Assembly (NCBI GenBank): GCA_016932245.1
Contig: JAFGDG010000049.1
Coordinates: 1 to 47,760 of the forward strand
Direction of reading: 5' to 3'
Length of the DNA stretch: 47,760 nt
Source: Thermoplasmatota archaeon
GTDB taxonomy: Archaea > Thermoplasmatota > E2 > DHVEG-1
A program made the position numbers and the translations under genes. Within the stretch, counting starts at the first letter, position 1. Each line of letters starts with the position of its first letter. The notes beneath the pieces are model-generated. The model was not told the origin of the DNA. It made no database searches and saw only the letters and a program-made list of their open reading frames with translations. Below are positions 28,469 to 38,462 of the stretch, piece after piece.

Positions 28469-30577
28469 ATGGTACGATTGCTAAAAGATGAGAGTGTAGT
28501 CGCGCAATGGAAGAACTTCTTTGAAGATGTCTGCCGATCAGAAATTGAAACTGTTGCTGTATCTTATCCAGAGAAGCGAAGTCTTTTTGTCAATTATTGG
28601 GATATTGATAAGTACGATACAAAGCTTGCTGAGCTTCTTATCCACCAACCATATAAAGCCATTTTTAATGCTGAGGAAGCACTGAAACAAGTTGATGCGA
28701 CAGCAGAACGTAAATTGGCACTTCACCTTCGGGTCAACAACCTACCCGAACCTCAGAAAATTGTTATTCGTAAAATACGAGCAAGTCATTTAGGAAAATT
28801 GACAGCGATAGAAGGCTTGGTCAAGAAACGAACGGAAGTACGACCAAAGCTACAGGTTGCTGCATTTCAATGTCAAAAATGCGGAGCAATCATAAAAATT
28901 GAACAAGAGGAAGATATTCTCAAGGAACCCTCTGAATGTTACGAGGACCAGGGAGGGTGTGGCCGTGTTTCGTCTTTTAAGTTACTATCAAACCTATCGA
29001 GCTTTATTGATTCACAAAAAATAGAGATTCAGGAAAATCCCGAAGGTCTTCGGGGGGGAGCCCAACCAGAGCGAATTAGCGTCTTTCTGGAAGATGACTT
29101 GGTTGGAGAAATTGCACCGGGCGATCGAGTAATTGCCAATGGTATCTTGCATTCCGCACAACGACGAAGAGGCACCTTTCGCTTAACATCTTTTGATAAA
29201 GCCCTCGAAGCAATTAGCATTGAAAGTCAGGAACTTGCCTTTGAGGAGGTCGAAGTTACTGAAGAGGATGAACAAGAAATTATCAAGATAAGTAACGACC
29301 CTCGTATCTACGAAAAAATGATGCGAAGCATCTCTCCAACGATTTATGGTATGGAGGTGGAGAAAGAAGCACTGGTCTTACAATTATTCGGCGGTCTTGC
29401 AAAGAAAATGCCTGATGGAACATATATTCGAGGCGACATTCATACCCTTTTGGTGGGTGATCCCGGTACAGCAAAGTCACAAATGCTTACGTATATGTCA
29501 AAATTAGCGCCTCGAAGTATTTACGCCTCTGGAAAAGCTACGTCAGCAGCAGGTCTTACTGCTGCAGCAGTGAGAGATGAATTTGGGGAGGGGCAATGGA
29601 CCCTTGAGGCAGGTGCCTTAGTACTTGCTGATATGGGCGTTGCCTGTATTGATGAGATAGACAAGATGGAGGAGACCGATCGAAGTTCCATGCACCAGGC
29701 GATGGAACAACAAGAAATTTCTGTTGCAAAAGCAGGAATTAATGCCACCCTTAAATCACGCTGCGCAATACTCGCCGCGGCAAACCCCAAGCTGGGACGG
29801 TTTGATGAGTTTATGCCCATCCATGAGCAGATTAATATGCCTCCTGCACTTCTCTCTCGTTTCGATCTTATTTTTTCCATTCTTGATAAACCAAACAAAG
29901 CACGGGATACCGATCTTGCGACTCATGTGCTTCGTACTCATAAGGCGGGCGAAGTGAGTGAGAATATTGCCCATTCAAAAAAGACAAAACATACTAAAAA
30001 AGAACAGGAAGGATTGGTCGAGAACATCATGCCGGTATTTCCGCCAGATTTCCTCAGGAAATACATAGCCTATGCAAAACGAAGTATTTTTCCCGTATTG
30101 AATAATGATGCCTTGGAGGTATTGAAAAACTATTACGTCGATTTTAGAAGTAGTTCTGAAGACTCGGTTCCCTTCACTCCGAGACAATTGGAGGCCTTTG
30201 TTCGACTTTCAGAAGCAAGTGCACGAGTGCGACTCAGTGAAGAGGTGACGGTCACTGATGCAAAACGAGCAATCGGCATTATCGACCAATATCTGCGCCG
30301 GGTAGGAATGGATAGAGAGACCGGTAAGTTTGACATTGATATTATTGCAACAGGCATCAGCCACAGTCAGCATGAGCGTATGCGATCATTAATGGATATC
30401 ATTCAGAAAATCTGCAATGAATCTAAAGATGGCAACGCTGCTCGAGGAGATATTGTCCAAGAAGCTGAAATCGAAGGCCTTGAATCAAGTAAAGTTGAAG
30501 AAGCATTAGACCGACTCAAAAGAAACGGACAGATTTACGAGCCGGTTCATGGGAAATACCGGATTACTAACCGCTAA
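28469..30577 (+). CDS. mcm: Replicative helicase MCM (no intein)
   Basis: Zn motif CQKC...C, GDPGTAKSQ, LEAGAL, IDEIDKM, AANP, LLSRFD, TPRQLE and C-terminal winged helix; start reassigned to ATG 28469. Confidence 0.97.
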   Translation: MVRLLKDESVVAQWKNFFEDVCRSEIETVAVSYPEKRSLFVNYWDIDKYDTKLAELLIHQPYKAIFNAEEALKQVDATAERKLALHLRVNNLPEPQKIVIRKIRASHLGKLTAIEGLVKKRTEVRPKLQVAAFQCQKCGAIIKIEQEEDILKEPSECYEDQGGCGRVSSFKLLSNLSSFIDSQKIEIQENPEGLRGGAQPERISVFLEDDLVGEIAPGDRVIANGILHSAQRRRGTFRLTSFDKALEAISIESQELAFEEVEVTEEDEQEIIKISNDPRIYEKMMRSISPTIYGMEVEKEALVLQLFGGLAKKMPDGTYIRGDIHTLLVGDPGTAKSQMLTYMSKLAPRSIYASGKATSAAGLTAAAVRDEFGEGQWTLEAGALVLADMGVACIDEIDKMEETDRSSMHQAMEQQEISVAKAGINATLKSRCAILAAANPKLGRFDEFMPIHEQINMPPALLSRFDLIFSILDKPNKARDTDLATHVLRTHKAGEVSENIAHSKKTKHTKKEQEGLVENIMPVFPPDFLRKYIAYAKRSIFPVLNNDALEVLKNYYVDFRSSSEDSVPFTPRQLEAFVRLSEASARVRLSEEVTVTDAKRAIGIIDQYLRRVGMDRETGKFDIDIIATGISHSQHERMRSLMDIIQKICNESKDGNAARGDIVQEAEIEGLESSKVEEALDRLKRNGQIYEPVHGKYRITNR

Positions 30578-30924
30578 AGTTTAGGAGAAGACAACTTACT
30601 TACCGCCCTTTTCACATGTTCTCGTTTTTTTTCTCCTAATTCAGTAATGATGTAGTCAGTAAATTTCGTTTTGATGTCATTCCAGTTTAAGGTGCTAATG
30701 CCAAAATCTAGTTTTTTATTGCCGCTTGATGCTTTATATACTCGAGGCATCATCTGCCTAGTGTTTGCATTATCCATATGCATGACATACTGTTTCTTTA
30801 AAGTCTTTTTTTCCAACACAATAATTTCAAATTTTCTATTGAAATATTTGTAACCAGGATCTCTGTCATAATACCGATATTCAAGTTCAAAATCTTTGGT
30901 TATCGGAATACATCCTCTTTCCAT
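30574..30924 (-). CDS. Hypothetical basic soluble protein
   Basis: 116 aa ORF with GGAG RBS and upstream TTATATAAA; convergent with mcm with overlapping stops. Confidence 0.65.
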   Translation of the reverse strand: MERGCIPITKDFELEYRYYDRDPGYKYFNRKFEIIVLEKKTLKKQYVMHMDNANTRQMMPRVYKASSGNKKLDFGISTLNWNDIKTKFTDYIITELGEKKREHVKRAVSKLSSPKL

Positions 30925-31008
30925 CGTGCATCTCCAACAGGTGTAAGTGTACCTTCTTTATAATAATTTTTTATTTTTTAATAAAAAAAGAAAGATTAGA
31001 GTTGAGCT

Positions 31009-33207
31009 CTAATCCATGTAATACTCTGGCGGGTAAGGTTCTGGTTTCAGCCCTTTTCTTTCTCTAATTTGTTTAACAATTTGCGTCTGTAGTTGTCGTG
31101 GTAACGGCTCGAATCCCATATTCTCCGTGTTCCATAATACTCGTCCACCTGTTGCTGAGCGGATCGCAGAGGCAAATCCAAACATCTCTGCAACTGGTGC
31201 CTTTGCATCGATATTTACACTATCTCCTTCGGTAGTCATATCACGTACTTCAGCACGTCGTTGATTTAACTCACGTGATGCATCTCCCATCAACTCTTGC
31301 GGTGTACTAATGAACACTTTTTGCATCGGTTCAAGTAAGATGGGATCGGCAATGGTCATTGCACCATAAATAGCGTTTCTTGAGGCAGGAATAACTTGTG
31401 CAGGCCCCCGGTGAATGGCATCCTCGTGTAATTTTGCATCAACTAACTTAATAAGTAATCCTTGGCAAGGCTCATTTGCTGTCGGCCCGCTTTTCATGAC
31501 TTCGTCAAATGCTTCTTTGATCAGCTCTCTTGTTTCAAACAAGTGTTGGATGCCCTTGGTAACATCAGTCATAATATTTTGACCATGGATGCCAAACACT
31601 CCTTTTGCAACATCCTTCGGCATACCTAATTCTTGTAAAATTTTCACCACTTCGTTTTTATATTTCTTTGCATTCTCAGGAACCTCGTTGTTATACAGTG
31701 CTTTCGCGATATTGTCTGGAAGTGGTTCCACTTCAATGTAAAATCGGTTGTGTTTGTTTGGTGATTTTCCTTCAAATTTATAGGGGCTGGATTTTGATAC
31801 CGATTCTCTGTACACAACAATCGGTTCAGAACATACAATATCGACGCCGTGTTCATTTTTAATGCGATATTCAGTAATTTCAAGATGTAATTCACCCATG
31901 CCAGACATGAGATTCTCTCCTGTCTCTTGATTAATATCTACTTGAATGCTAGGATCTGCTTTAGAAACAATACGGAGCACTTCGATGAGTTTTGGTAAAT
32001 CCTTCATATTCTTTGCTTCAACGGCAACTGTTACTACCGGCTCGGAAACATGAACAATTCGCTCAAATGGCTCCGCATCGGGATCGTCGGTAACGGTACT
32101 GCCTGCCATGGCGTCTCTGATGCCTGTTGCCGCAACAATATTTCCGGCGCTTACATATTCCACGGGAATACGATCTCCACCAACCATGAGGTTAACCTGT
32201 TGTACTCGATTCATTCGCGGCATGCCAATGACATAGCATTCTTGCCCTCGTTCTATTTTTCCGCTATACATACGTCCAACGGCAACCTCGCCAGCGTGAG
32301 GATCCATAATGATTTTGGTAATCATTAGGGCAAGCGGTCCGCTTTCTTTCACTTCTGCCATACTTTTTCCGAGCTTACTTGCTTCATCCCCTCTCCATAT
32401 GTGAGGAATACGATATTTCTGCGCCACTTTTGGGGAAGGAAGATGATCAACGACCATATCTAACAAGACTTGATGAATGGGTGATTTTTTCGCCAGTTCT
32501 TTTTGGTTGTTTTCATTGCAATAGTTGTAGATGTCCTTGAAGCTGAGTCCTGATTTTTGCATATAGGGTGCTGAAATTGCCCAGTTGTAGTAGGCAGAAC
32601 CAAAGGCAACACTGCCATCTTCAACTTTCACATTCCATTTGCCTTTGAAATCTTCTGGAACGACTTTGTTGATAAGCTCATTGAATTTTGCAATGATTTT
32701 TATAAATCGCTGTTGCATTTCTTCAGGAGTTACTCGCAATTCGTTGATTAACCGATCAACTTTGTTGATGAATAAGATAGGTTTTACTTTTTCACGGAGT
32801 GCTTGTCGTACCACAGTTTCCGTTTGAGGCATTGCCCCCTCAACGGCACAAACCAAAACAATAGCCCCATCGACTGCTCGCATCGCTCGGGTAACGTCGC
32901 CACCAAAATCGACATGCCCAGGTGTATCGAGTAAATTAACTAGGTACTCTTTTCCTTCAAATTCATGCACCATCGATGCAGATGCCGCATTAATTGTAAT
33001 GCCTCGTGCTTGTTCTTGCTCATCATAATCAAGCACTAATTGTTTGCCGGCAAGCTCCTCACTCATCATGCCGCAACCTGCAAGCAGGTTGTCTGAAAGA
33101 GTCGTCTTTCCATGATCGATGTGGGCAGCAATGCCGATGTTCCGAATCTGATCAAGCTTATTCATCAAGTTTTTTGCTTTCTTGATGTTATCTTCTTTCT
33201 TTCCCAT
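31009..33207 (-). CDS. fusA: Translation elongation factor aEF-2
   Basis: [29 protein letters not shown] and diphthamide loop [12 protein letters not shown]. Confidence 0.98.
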   Translation of the reverse strand: MGKKEDNIKKAKNLMNKLDQIRNIGIAAHIDHGKTTLSDNLLAGCGMMSEELAGKQLVLDYDEQEQARGITINAASASMVHEFEGKEYLVNLLDTPGHVDFGGDVTRAMRAVDGAIVLVCAVEGAMPQTETVVRQALREKVKPILFINKVDRLINELRVTPEEMQQRFIKIIAKFNELINKVVPEDFKGKWNVKVEDGSVAFGSAYYNWAISAPYMQKSGLSFKDIYNYCNENNQKELAKKSPIHQVLLDMVVDHLPSPKVAQKYRIPHIWRGDEASKLGKSMAEVKESGPLALMITKIIMDPHAGEVAVGRMYSGKIERGQECYVIGMPRMNRVQQVNLMVGGDRIPVEYVSAGNIVAATGIRDAMAGSTVTDDPDAEPFERIVHVSEPVVTVAVEAKNMKDLPKLIEVLRIVSKADPSIQVDINQETGENLMSGMGELHLEITEYRIKNEHGVDIVCSEPIVVYRESVSKSSPYKFEGKSPNKHNRFYIEVEPLPDNIAKALYNNEVPENAKKYKNEVVKILQELGMPKDVAKGVFGIHGQNIMTDVTKGIQHLFETRELIKEAFDEVMKSGPTANEPCQGLLIKLVDAKLHEDAIHRGPAQVIPASRNAIYGAMTIADPILLEPMQKVFISTPQELMGDASRELNQRRAEVRDMTTEGDSVNIDAKAPVAEMFGFASAIRSATGGRVLWNTENMGFEPLPRQLQTQIVKQIRERKGLKPEPYPPEYYMD

Positions 33208-33247
33208 ACTAATGTCCTCATATTTTCATTATAAATTAATTTCATGG

Positions 33248-33841
33248 TTATCGAGCTGATTTTGCAACCCGCTCTGCATCATTTTTCTTGGCAACTGCAA
33301 AGGACGAAACGTCATTTTTGCTTGCTTTGATAATTTCGTCAGCAAGGCATGCTTCAATACTTTTTTTATTTTTGTGACTGGCAGAAACAGATCCTTGACA
33401 GATATTGCGAAGTGCAATATCCAATCGTCTTTGAGGGGCAACATCAACTGCTTTGGGGACAGAAATGCCGCCAAATCGCAACCGGGTTGTCTCTTCTTTC
33501 GGTGCTGCATTTTGCAACGCATCAACAAGAACCTGCATCGGATTAGTTTTTGTTTTTTTATCAATACTCTCGAAGGTAGATCGAACTACTTTGTATGCTT
33601 TTGTTTTTTTACCGGTGTACTGCTCCGTTCGCATGAGATTGTTGATCAAGCGTTCAACAAGAGGCATCTTTGCTTTTGCAAACATTTTATCTGAGTATAT
33701 GCCGCCGACATGGATGTTTTCTGCATCAAGATTAATGTATCGCTCCAGCCCTTTGTCCTCGATTTTTACTTCATCCATATTGTACTTGGTCAGCATAGGA
33801 AAAAACGGGTTGGTCTTTTCAACAGGTTTTTTTGCAGTCAT
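33248..33841 (-). CDS. rps7: 30S ribosomal protein uS7
   Basis: ERLINNLM, NP.QVLV.A..NAAP.EE, AVDVAP.RR and ERVAKSAR motifs. Confidence 0.97.
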   Translation of the reverse strand: MTAKKPVEKTNPFFPMLTKYNMDEVKIEDKGLERYINLDAENIHVGGIYSDKMFAKAKMPLVERLINNLMRTEQYTGKKTKAYKVVRSTFESIDKKTKTNPMQVLVDALQNAAPKEETTRLRFGGISVPKAVDVAPQRRLDIALRNICQGSVSASHKNKKSIEACLADEIIKASKNDVSSFAVAKKNDAERVAKSAR

Positions 33842-33843
33842 AT

Positions 33844-34275
33844 TTACCGTCTCATTGCCTTTTCGACTTTTCCTTTGATCATTTCATTAAGTGATACATC
33901 GTTGACTTTAATCACTTTAAATCGAACGCCGGGAATGTCGCCATAAGAACGTCCCATTCGTCCTCCAATTCCTTCTACCATGACTTCGTCGTGCTCATCA
34001 ATAAAACTTATGGCATTATTCCCAGGGGCAAAGGCCGTGATTTGCCGTCCGTTTTTGATGAGTTGAACTTTAACGCATTTTCTGATTGCGGAGTTGGGTT
34101 GCTTTGCTTCAATCCCTACTTTTTCAATAACAATCCCTCGAGCTTGTGCTGTACCCTCAAGCGGATCTGCCTTTTCTTTGAGATGCAACACTCGCTTCTT
34201 ATAGTATCTATCATTCCAGAGCTGTTTTTTCCGCCCCTTTTTGAGTTTCCGTGCTGCATTAATTCCTTTACCCAT
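33844..34275 (-). CDS. rps12: 30S ribosomal protein uS12
   Basis: [21 protein letters not shown] and [10 protein letters not shown]; start reassigned to ATG 34275. Confidence 0.98.
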   Translation of the reverse strand: MGKGINAARKLKKGRKKQLWNDRYYKKRVLHLKEKADPLEGTAQARGIVIEKVGIEAKQPNSAIRKCVKVQLIKNGRQITAFAPGNNAISFIDEHDEVMVEGIGGRMGRSYGDIPGVRFKVIKVNDVSLNEMIKGKVEKAMRR

Positions 34276-34413
34276 GGTTCTACCTACTAGATAAGAGTAC
34301 GCCAGTATACAGCTTTTCATATTTAAATGCTTAGCTTATGATAACATAGTTTTTCCGTTAAAAACATCGAGAAAAGAAAAACTACTTTATTTATATCCGA
34401 GTAAGAAAATATT

Positions 34414-34794
34414 TTACTTTTTCGCACTCAGCACTTTGTCAACTCGCCGTTTCAAATCTTCAGGATCATAGGGCTTTTCGATATAGTCTTCTCCCAGAAA
34501 GCTACCGGCATTTTCTGCCGTTCGATCGACACGTGCCGTTAAAAAGACGATGGGAATTTTTTCCCATGACGGATTTTCCTTTATCTTATTATAGGTTTCC
34601 CATCCGCTCATCTCCGGCATCATAATATCGAGTAAGATGAGATCGGGAATTTGTTTTTCTTGCAGGAGCTCTAAGCATCGCTTGCCGCTCTCCGCTCGGA
34701 TGACTTCATACTCTTCGTTAAATTTTTTAAGATTAAATTCAACTGCAAAGATAACATCAGGTTCATCATCGACAACCATGATCTTTTTTTTCAA
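34414..34794 (-). CDS. Standalone response regulator receiver (CheY-like)
   Basis: IMVVDDE, PDLILLDIMMP, FLTA and KP motifs; TTG start with GAGGGGTGA RBS. Confidence 0.92.
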   Translation of the reverse strand: MKKKIMVVDDEPDVIFAVEFNLKKFNEEYEVIRAESGKRCLELLQEKQIPDLILLDIMMPEMSGWETYNKIKENPSWEKIPIVFLTARVDRTAENAGSFLGEDYIEKPYDPEDLKRRVDKVLSAKK

Positions 34795-34867
34795 TCTTTT
34801 TCACCCCTCTTTTTATGTATCGCTCAATAATTTAATTAATTTTCTTATATTTATCAATCTCTTATTT

Positions 34868-35251
34868 TTATGCGCGGCTTTTCGTTAAAATTTTCTGTAA
34901 TCTGTCCCTCAACTCTGTCGGATCGTATGGTTTTTCGATATACTCCTCACCGAGATGGGTGGTATGCTCTCCAGAAAACTCATCAACTTTTGCAGTGAGA
35001 AACACTACGGGAATGCCCTTCCACGAAGGATTTTCTCTGATTTTTTCATACGTCTCTTCGCCACTCATCCCTGGCATCATAATGTCAAGTAAGATGAGAT
35101 CTGGCGATTCCCCATTCTTTAAAAGTTCTAAGCATTGCTCTCCACTACTTACTCTGGTAATTTCGTAGTCTTTGTCAAACATTTTAAGATTGAGTTCGAT
35201 AGTATATGTTACGTCAGGCTCATCATCGACTACCATAATTTTCTTCTTCAT
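34868..35251 (-). CDS. Standalone response regulator receiver (CheY-like), paralogue of the adjacent gene
   Basis: Same motifs; GAGGTGA RBS before ATG 35251. Confidence 0.92.
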   Translation of the reverse strand: MKKKIMVVDDEPDVTYTIELNLKMFDKDYEITRVSSGEQCLELLKNGESPDLILLDIMMPGMSGEETYEKIRENPSWKGIPVVFLTAKVDEFSGEHTTHLGEEYIEKPYDPTELRDRLQKILTKSRA

Positions 35252-35255
35252 TACA

Positions 35256-37142
35256 TCACCTCTTTTTTTGATTATATGGTAATGAGAACTTAAACATCGT
35301 TCCCTTATTGAGTCCCGGGCTTTCTGCCCAAATTTTCCCTCCATGTTTTTCAACAATACGTTTACAAATCGATAGTCCCAATCCACTTGATTCTAGATCA
35401 TGTCTTGCAGGGTCAACCTTGTAAAATTCTTCAAAGACATGGTCAATTTGCTGCTGTGTCATACCAATACCTGTATCTTTTACTGATATGATTACCTTTC
35501 CCTTCTCTTTTACTGCATCAATGGTCACGTTACCTCCCTTTGATGTAAATTTTGCGGCATTTGTTAAAAGATTGTCAAAGACTTCACTGAGTTGAAGCTT
35601 ATCTCCTTCTACAACTAGACGTTTGTTGATATTGTTATTAACAGAAATTTCCGCTTCTTTAAAAATCAACTGCTTGGTATCAATGATAAAATCTACTAGT
35701 TCTACTACGTCCACTTCTTCAATATTAAATACGGTGTTTGGTGAATTCAAACGCTCAAGTTGCAATGTTTTTACAACAAGATCGCGCATATATTTCACAT
35801 TACGAATGCTGACTCTAATAAGTTCTTTTAACTTCGGATCCGTTTCCTCTTCTTCTACCATGGGAAGTAATCCAATGAGCGGTGTTAATGGGCTTTTGAG
35901 ATCATGACCAAGTTGGGCAATAAAATCATCCTTATGTTTGAGTAATGTTTCTATTTTAGCTGTCCTCTCTTCTACTTTTTGTTCAAGTTCTTTGTTAAGG
36001 TCCCGAAGTTCATCCCGCGTTGCAGTTAGCATTTCATTTGCCATTCTTAGATGTTCAGCACCACTACGTCTCTCTTCTTCTACCTTCTTATGATCAGTGA
36101 TGTCTCTTAGTGATATAACATGACCTGTAAAACTATCATGGCTGCCATACAAGGGGTTTATTTTCATATCGAAATAACGCTTCTCCCCGTTAGTATCTAC
36201 GAAAATTTCAACTTGAGCTTCTTTCTTATCTTGAATATATCCAACAATATCATACTGATTAGAGAATACCTCTTCAACTTTTTTCCCTATTGGCCCCGAA
36301 CCATCATAATCAAAGATTTTTAATGCAACAGGATTAATATCAACAATTCGATCCTGAGCATCCAATACAAATACCGGATCGCTCATATTTTCAAAGACAA
36401 TATCTCTAGCTATTGGTATCGTCTCAATCAGCTTTAATTTGGAGAATCCCCAAACATAGACTACGCAAGTTATAACAAAAAAGATAGGGGTTATATCTAG
36501 ATTGTACAGAATTGGAATCAAATATATGTTATAGAGTATATTTGCTACCCACGGTGCTAGAGTCCCGGCTAATAAAACAACGACCTGTTTACGATAGATG
36601 CGTCTTAAATTGATCAATTCTTTCATCAGAATAAAAACACCTATCAGGATTAGGAAATAGCAATAAAGTGTAAAGAGCCACCAAAGTCCACTATAGCCAT
36701 AATCTATTAATATAATCGACCCATGCGAAAAAAAATCCACTCTAGTAAAAATCAGATGATGCAATTCATCAGTAAAAATAAGAAACAAAAACAGTAATGG
36801 AACGATGTATATGAGAGAAATTTTCTTAGCAGTCAGCCATTTATCCTTGCCCGTCCATTGTAACGCAAAAATAAGCCAAGTAGGACAAAGTAGTATTGTT
36901 CCTATGTACAAAAATTGTTCTATAAAAAATTTATAAGAAAAATCTGAAGTTATAAATCCCAAAGCAAAACCAAACATCCATAAAATCATTAATGACATTA
37001 AAAAAATGAGATATCTAGCGGGATGCAGGCGTCTCTCCAACCAGTATTTTCGCCAGACGTAGAAAGCCAATGCTAACATCAAGCAACCGGATATACTGGA
37101 TATAACCATCAATATGAGGTATATTTCATGTAGCTCTAGCAT
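35256..37142 (-). CDS. Sensor histidine kinase (HisKA_7TM-PAS-coiled coil-HisKA-HATPase)
   Basis: 7 N-terminal TMs; PAS (VLD..DRIVD.NP); H-box HDLKSPL; N-box NLLTNAAKF; DTGIG; GLGLSIC. Confidence 0.93.
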   Translation of the reverse strand: MLELHEIYLILMVISSISGCLMLALAFYVWRKYWLERRLHPARYLIFLMSLMILWMFGFALGFITSDFSYKFFIEQFLYIGTILLCPTWLIFALQWTGKDKWLTAKKISLIYIVPLLFLFLIFTDELHHLIFTRVDFFSHGSIILIDYGYSGLWWLFTLYCYFLILIGVFILMKELINLRRIYRKQVVVLLAGTLAPWVANILYNIYLIPILYNLDITPIFFVITCVVYVWGFSKLKLIETIPIARDIVFENMSDPVFVLDAQDRIVDINPVALKIFDYDGSGPIGKKVEEVFSNQYDIVGYIQDKKEAQVEIFVDTNGEKRYFDMKINPLYGSHDSFTGHVISLRDITDHKKVEEERRSGAEHLRMANEMLTATRDELRDLNKELEQKVEERTAKIETLLKHKDDFIAQLGHDLKSPLTPLIGLLPMVEEEETDPKLKELIRVSIRNVKYMRDLVVKTLQLERLNSPNTVFNIEEVDVVELVDFIIDTKQLIFKEAEISVNNNINKRLVVEGDKLQLSEVFDNLLTNAAKFTSKGGNVTIDAVKEKGKVIISVKDTGIGMTQQQIDHVFEEFYKVDPARHDLESSGLGLSICKRIVEKHGGKIWAESPGLNKGTMFKFSLPYNQKKR

Positions 37143-37175
37143 GATGTTTATCTCCTACGTTCAAACTAGTTTGCA

Positions 37176-37286
37176 TTAATTTTTTCTTATTATTGCCCTG
37201 CCATTATGTTTTTCAACAATATTTACATGAAAATTAATAGTTTCTTCAATAGCAGAGACTAATGCATTGCACAGTTTGCATCCCAT
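37176..37286 (-). CDS. Candidate 36-aa small ORF (MGCKLCNALVSAIEETINFHVNIVEKHNGRAIIRKN)
   Basis: GGAAGGA upstream of ATG; CxxC; C-terminal IVEKHNG resembles the kinase's own IVEKHGG. Confidence 0.3.
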   Translation of the reverse strand: MGCKLCNALVSAIEETINFHVNIVEKHNGRAIIRKN

Positions 37287-37344
37287 TTTGTTCCTTCCAA
37301 TAAACGAAACGTTTTGTAATATAAAACATTAATGGCACCACCAT

Positions 37345-38454
37345 TCAAGAGGATGAAGTGTAGGTTCGTATACTATTTTCATCAATGGTGAGTGATTTTG
37401 ATTCCAAGACTTCAAAATTTTCAATCGTCACAAACGGAACTAAATTGACTGTTACCCCACTACCATATCTTACGCGGGGACCTGAAAGGGAAACATTTAA
37501 TGATTCGTTACTCCCATCATCAATAAATAATCGAAGATGCCCTGCGCTTTCAATGGCAAAATTTTGATAAATTTGCACATCACTGCACTGCGAAGGACAG
37601 GCACATTCGACGGAAATCCATCCATCATGTCCTAGACTTCCTCCAACAAATACTTCGGCCCATGCATGGGAAACGGCAGTGGCAATGCCGTTTGTCTCTT
37701 CAATGAGATATCCTCTGATGAACCGCGCAGGAATTCCGATGGATCTACAGAGTGAGATGTATAAAAAGGACAGATCATCACAATCTCCTGTTTTTAATAA
37801 AAAGGTAGTGCGTGCAGGTTGTACACTACTATCTTCAGGATGAGTTTGATAGGCCGTCTGTTCTTTTAACCACCTAAATAAGGCTTTAGCAAGGAGAAAC
37901 GTGTTGTTGGTTCCTATTTCTCCTGCTATTCCCTTGGCAGTTGAAAGAACCAACGGATCATCTGGATCAATGTAGGTACTATTTTGAACCTGTTGTCTAT
38001 GACAATACTGGTTGCACAATGTAGCATATGCTGTAGATATTTCTTGCAGGGTTGCTGCATTATTTCCGTTTAAATCTGAAACGAGAGATGCTTCCGCATT
38101 TGCACTTGCTTCTATACCAAGTTCATATGTTGCTGCGTTGTTACCTGAGATGTTCCAAGAGATGAAGTCGTTACTAACCTTTGTCACTTCAGTATAATCA
38201 TAGCGATATAATACTTCAAAAGGAGAGAGCGTTCCACTTAACAGCGAGGGGAGATCACAATCATACGTTATCTCATACTGTCCTGCCCCTTCGCAGGTGA
38301 CTGAATATCCATATTGAGCGTCGTATCTAATGCTTGTAGGATGTGCTTCATAGGTTATTGTGTTGTCCATAAAAGAAAACTCCAAGCATCCTGATGTTAC
38401 AATAAAGAAAGAAAAAATGAGAACCCCCATTCCGATGATTGCCTTTTTGTTCAT
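37345..38454 (-). CDS. Transglutaminase-like domain lipoprotein
   Basis: Signal peptide ending TSGC (lipobox-like); GDCDD..L...LCRS.GIPAR; HAWAEV; GW...E. Confidence 0.88.
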   Translation of the reverse strand: MNKKAIIGMGVLIFSFFIVTSGCLEFSFMDNTITYEAHPTSIRYDAQYGYSVTCEGAGQYEITYDCDLPSLLSGTLSPFEVLYRYDYTEVTKVSNDFISWNISGNNAATYELGIEASANAEASLVSDLNGNNAATLQEISTAYATLCNQYCHRQQVQNSTYIDPDDPLVLSTAKGIAGEIGTNNTFLLAKALFRWLKEQTAYQTHPEDSSVQPARTTFLLKTGDCDDLSFLYISLCRSIGIPARFIRGYLIEETNGIATAVSHAWAEVFVGGSLGHDGWISVECACPSQCSDVQIYQNFAIESAGHLRLFIDDGSNESLNVSLSGPRVRYGSGVTVNLVPFVTIENFEVLESKSLTIDENSIRTYTSSS

Positions 38455-38462
38455 ATGTTCTG

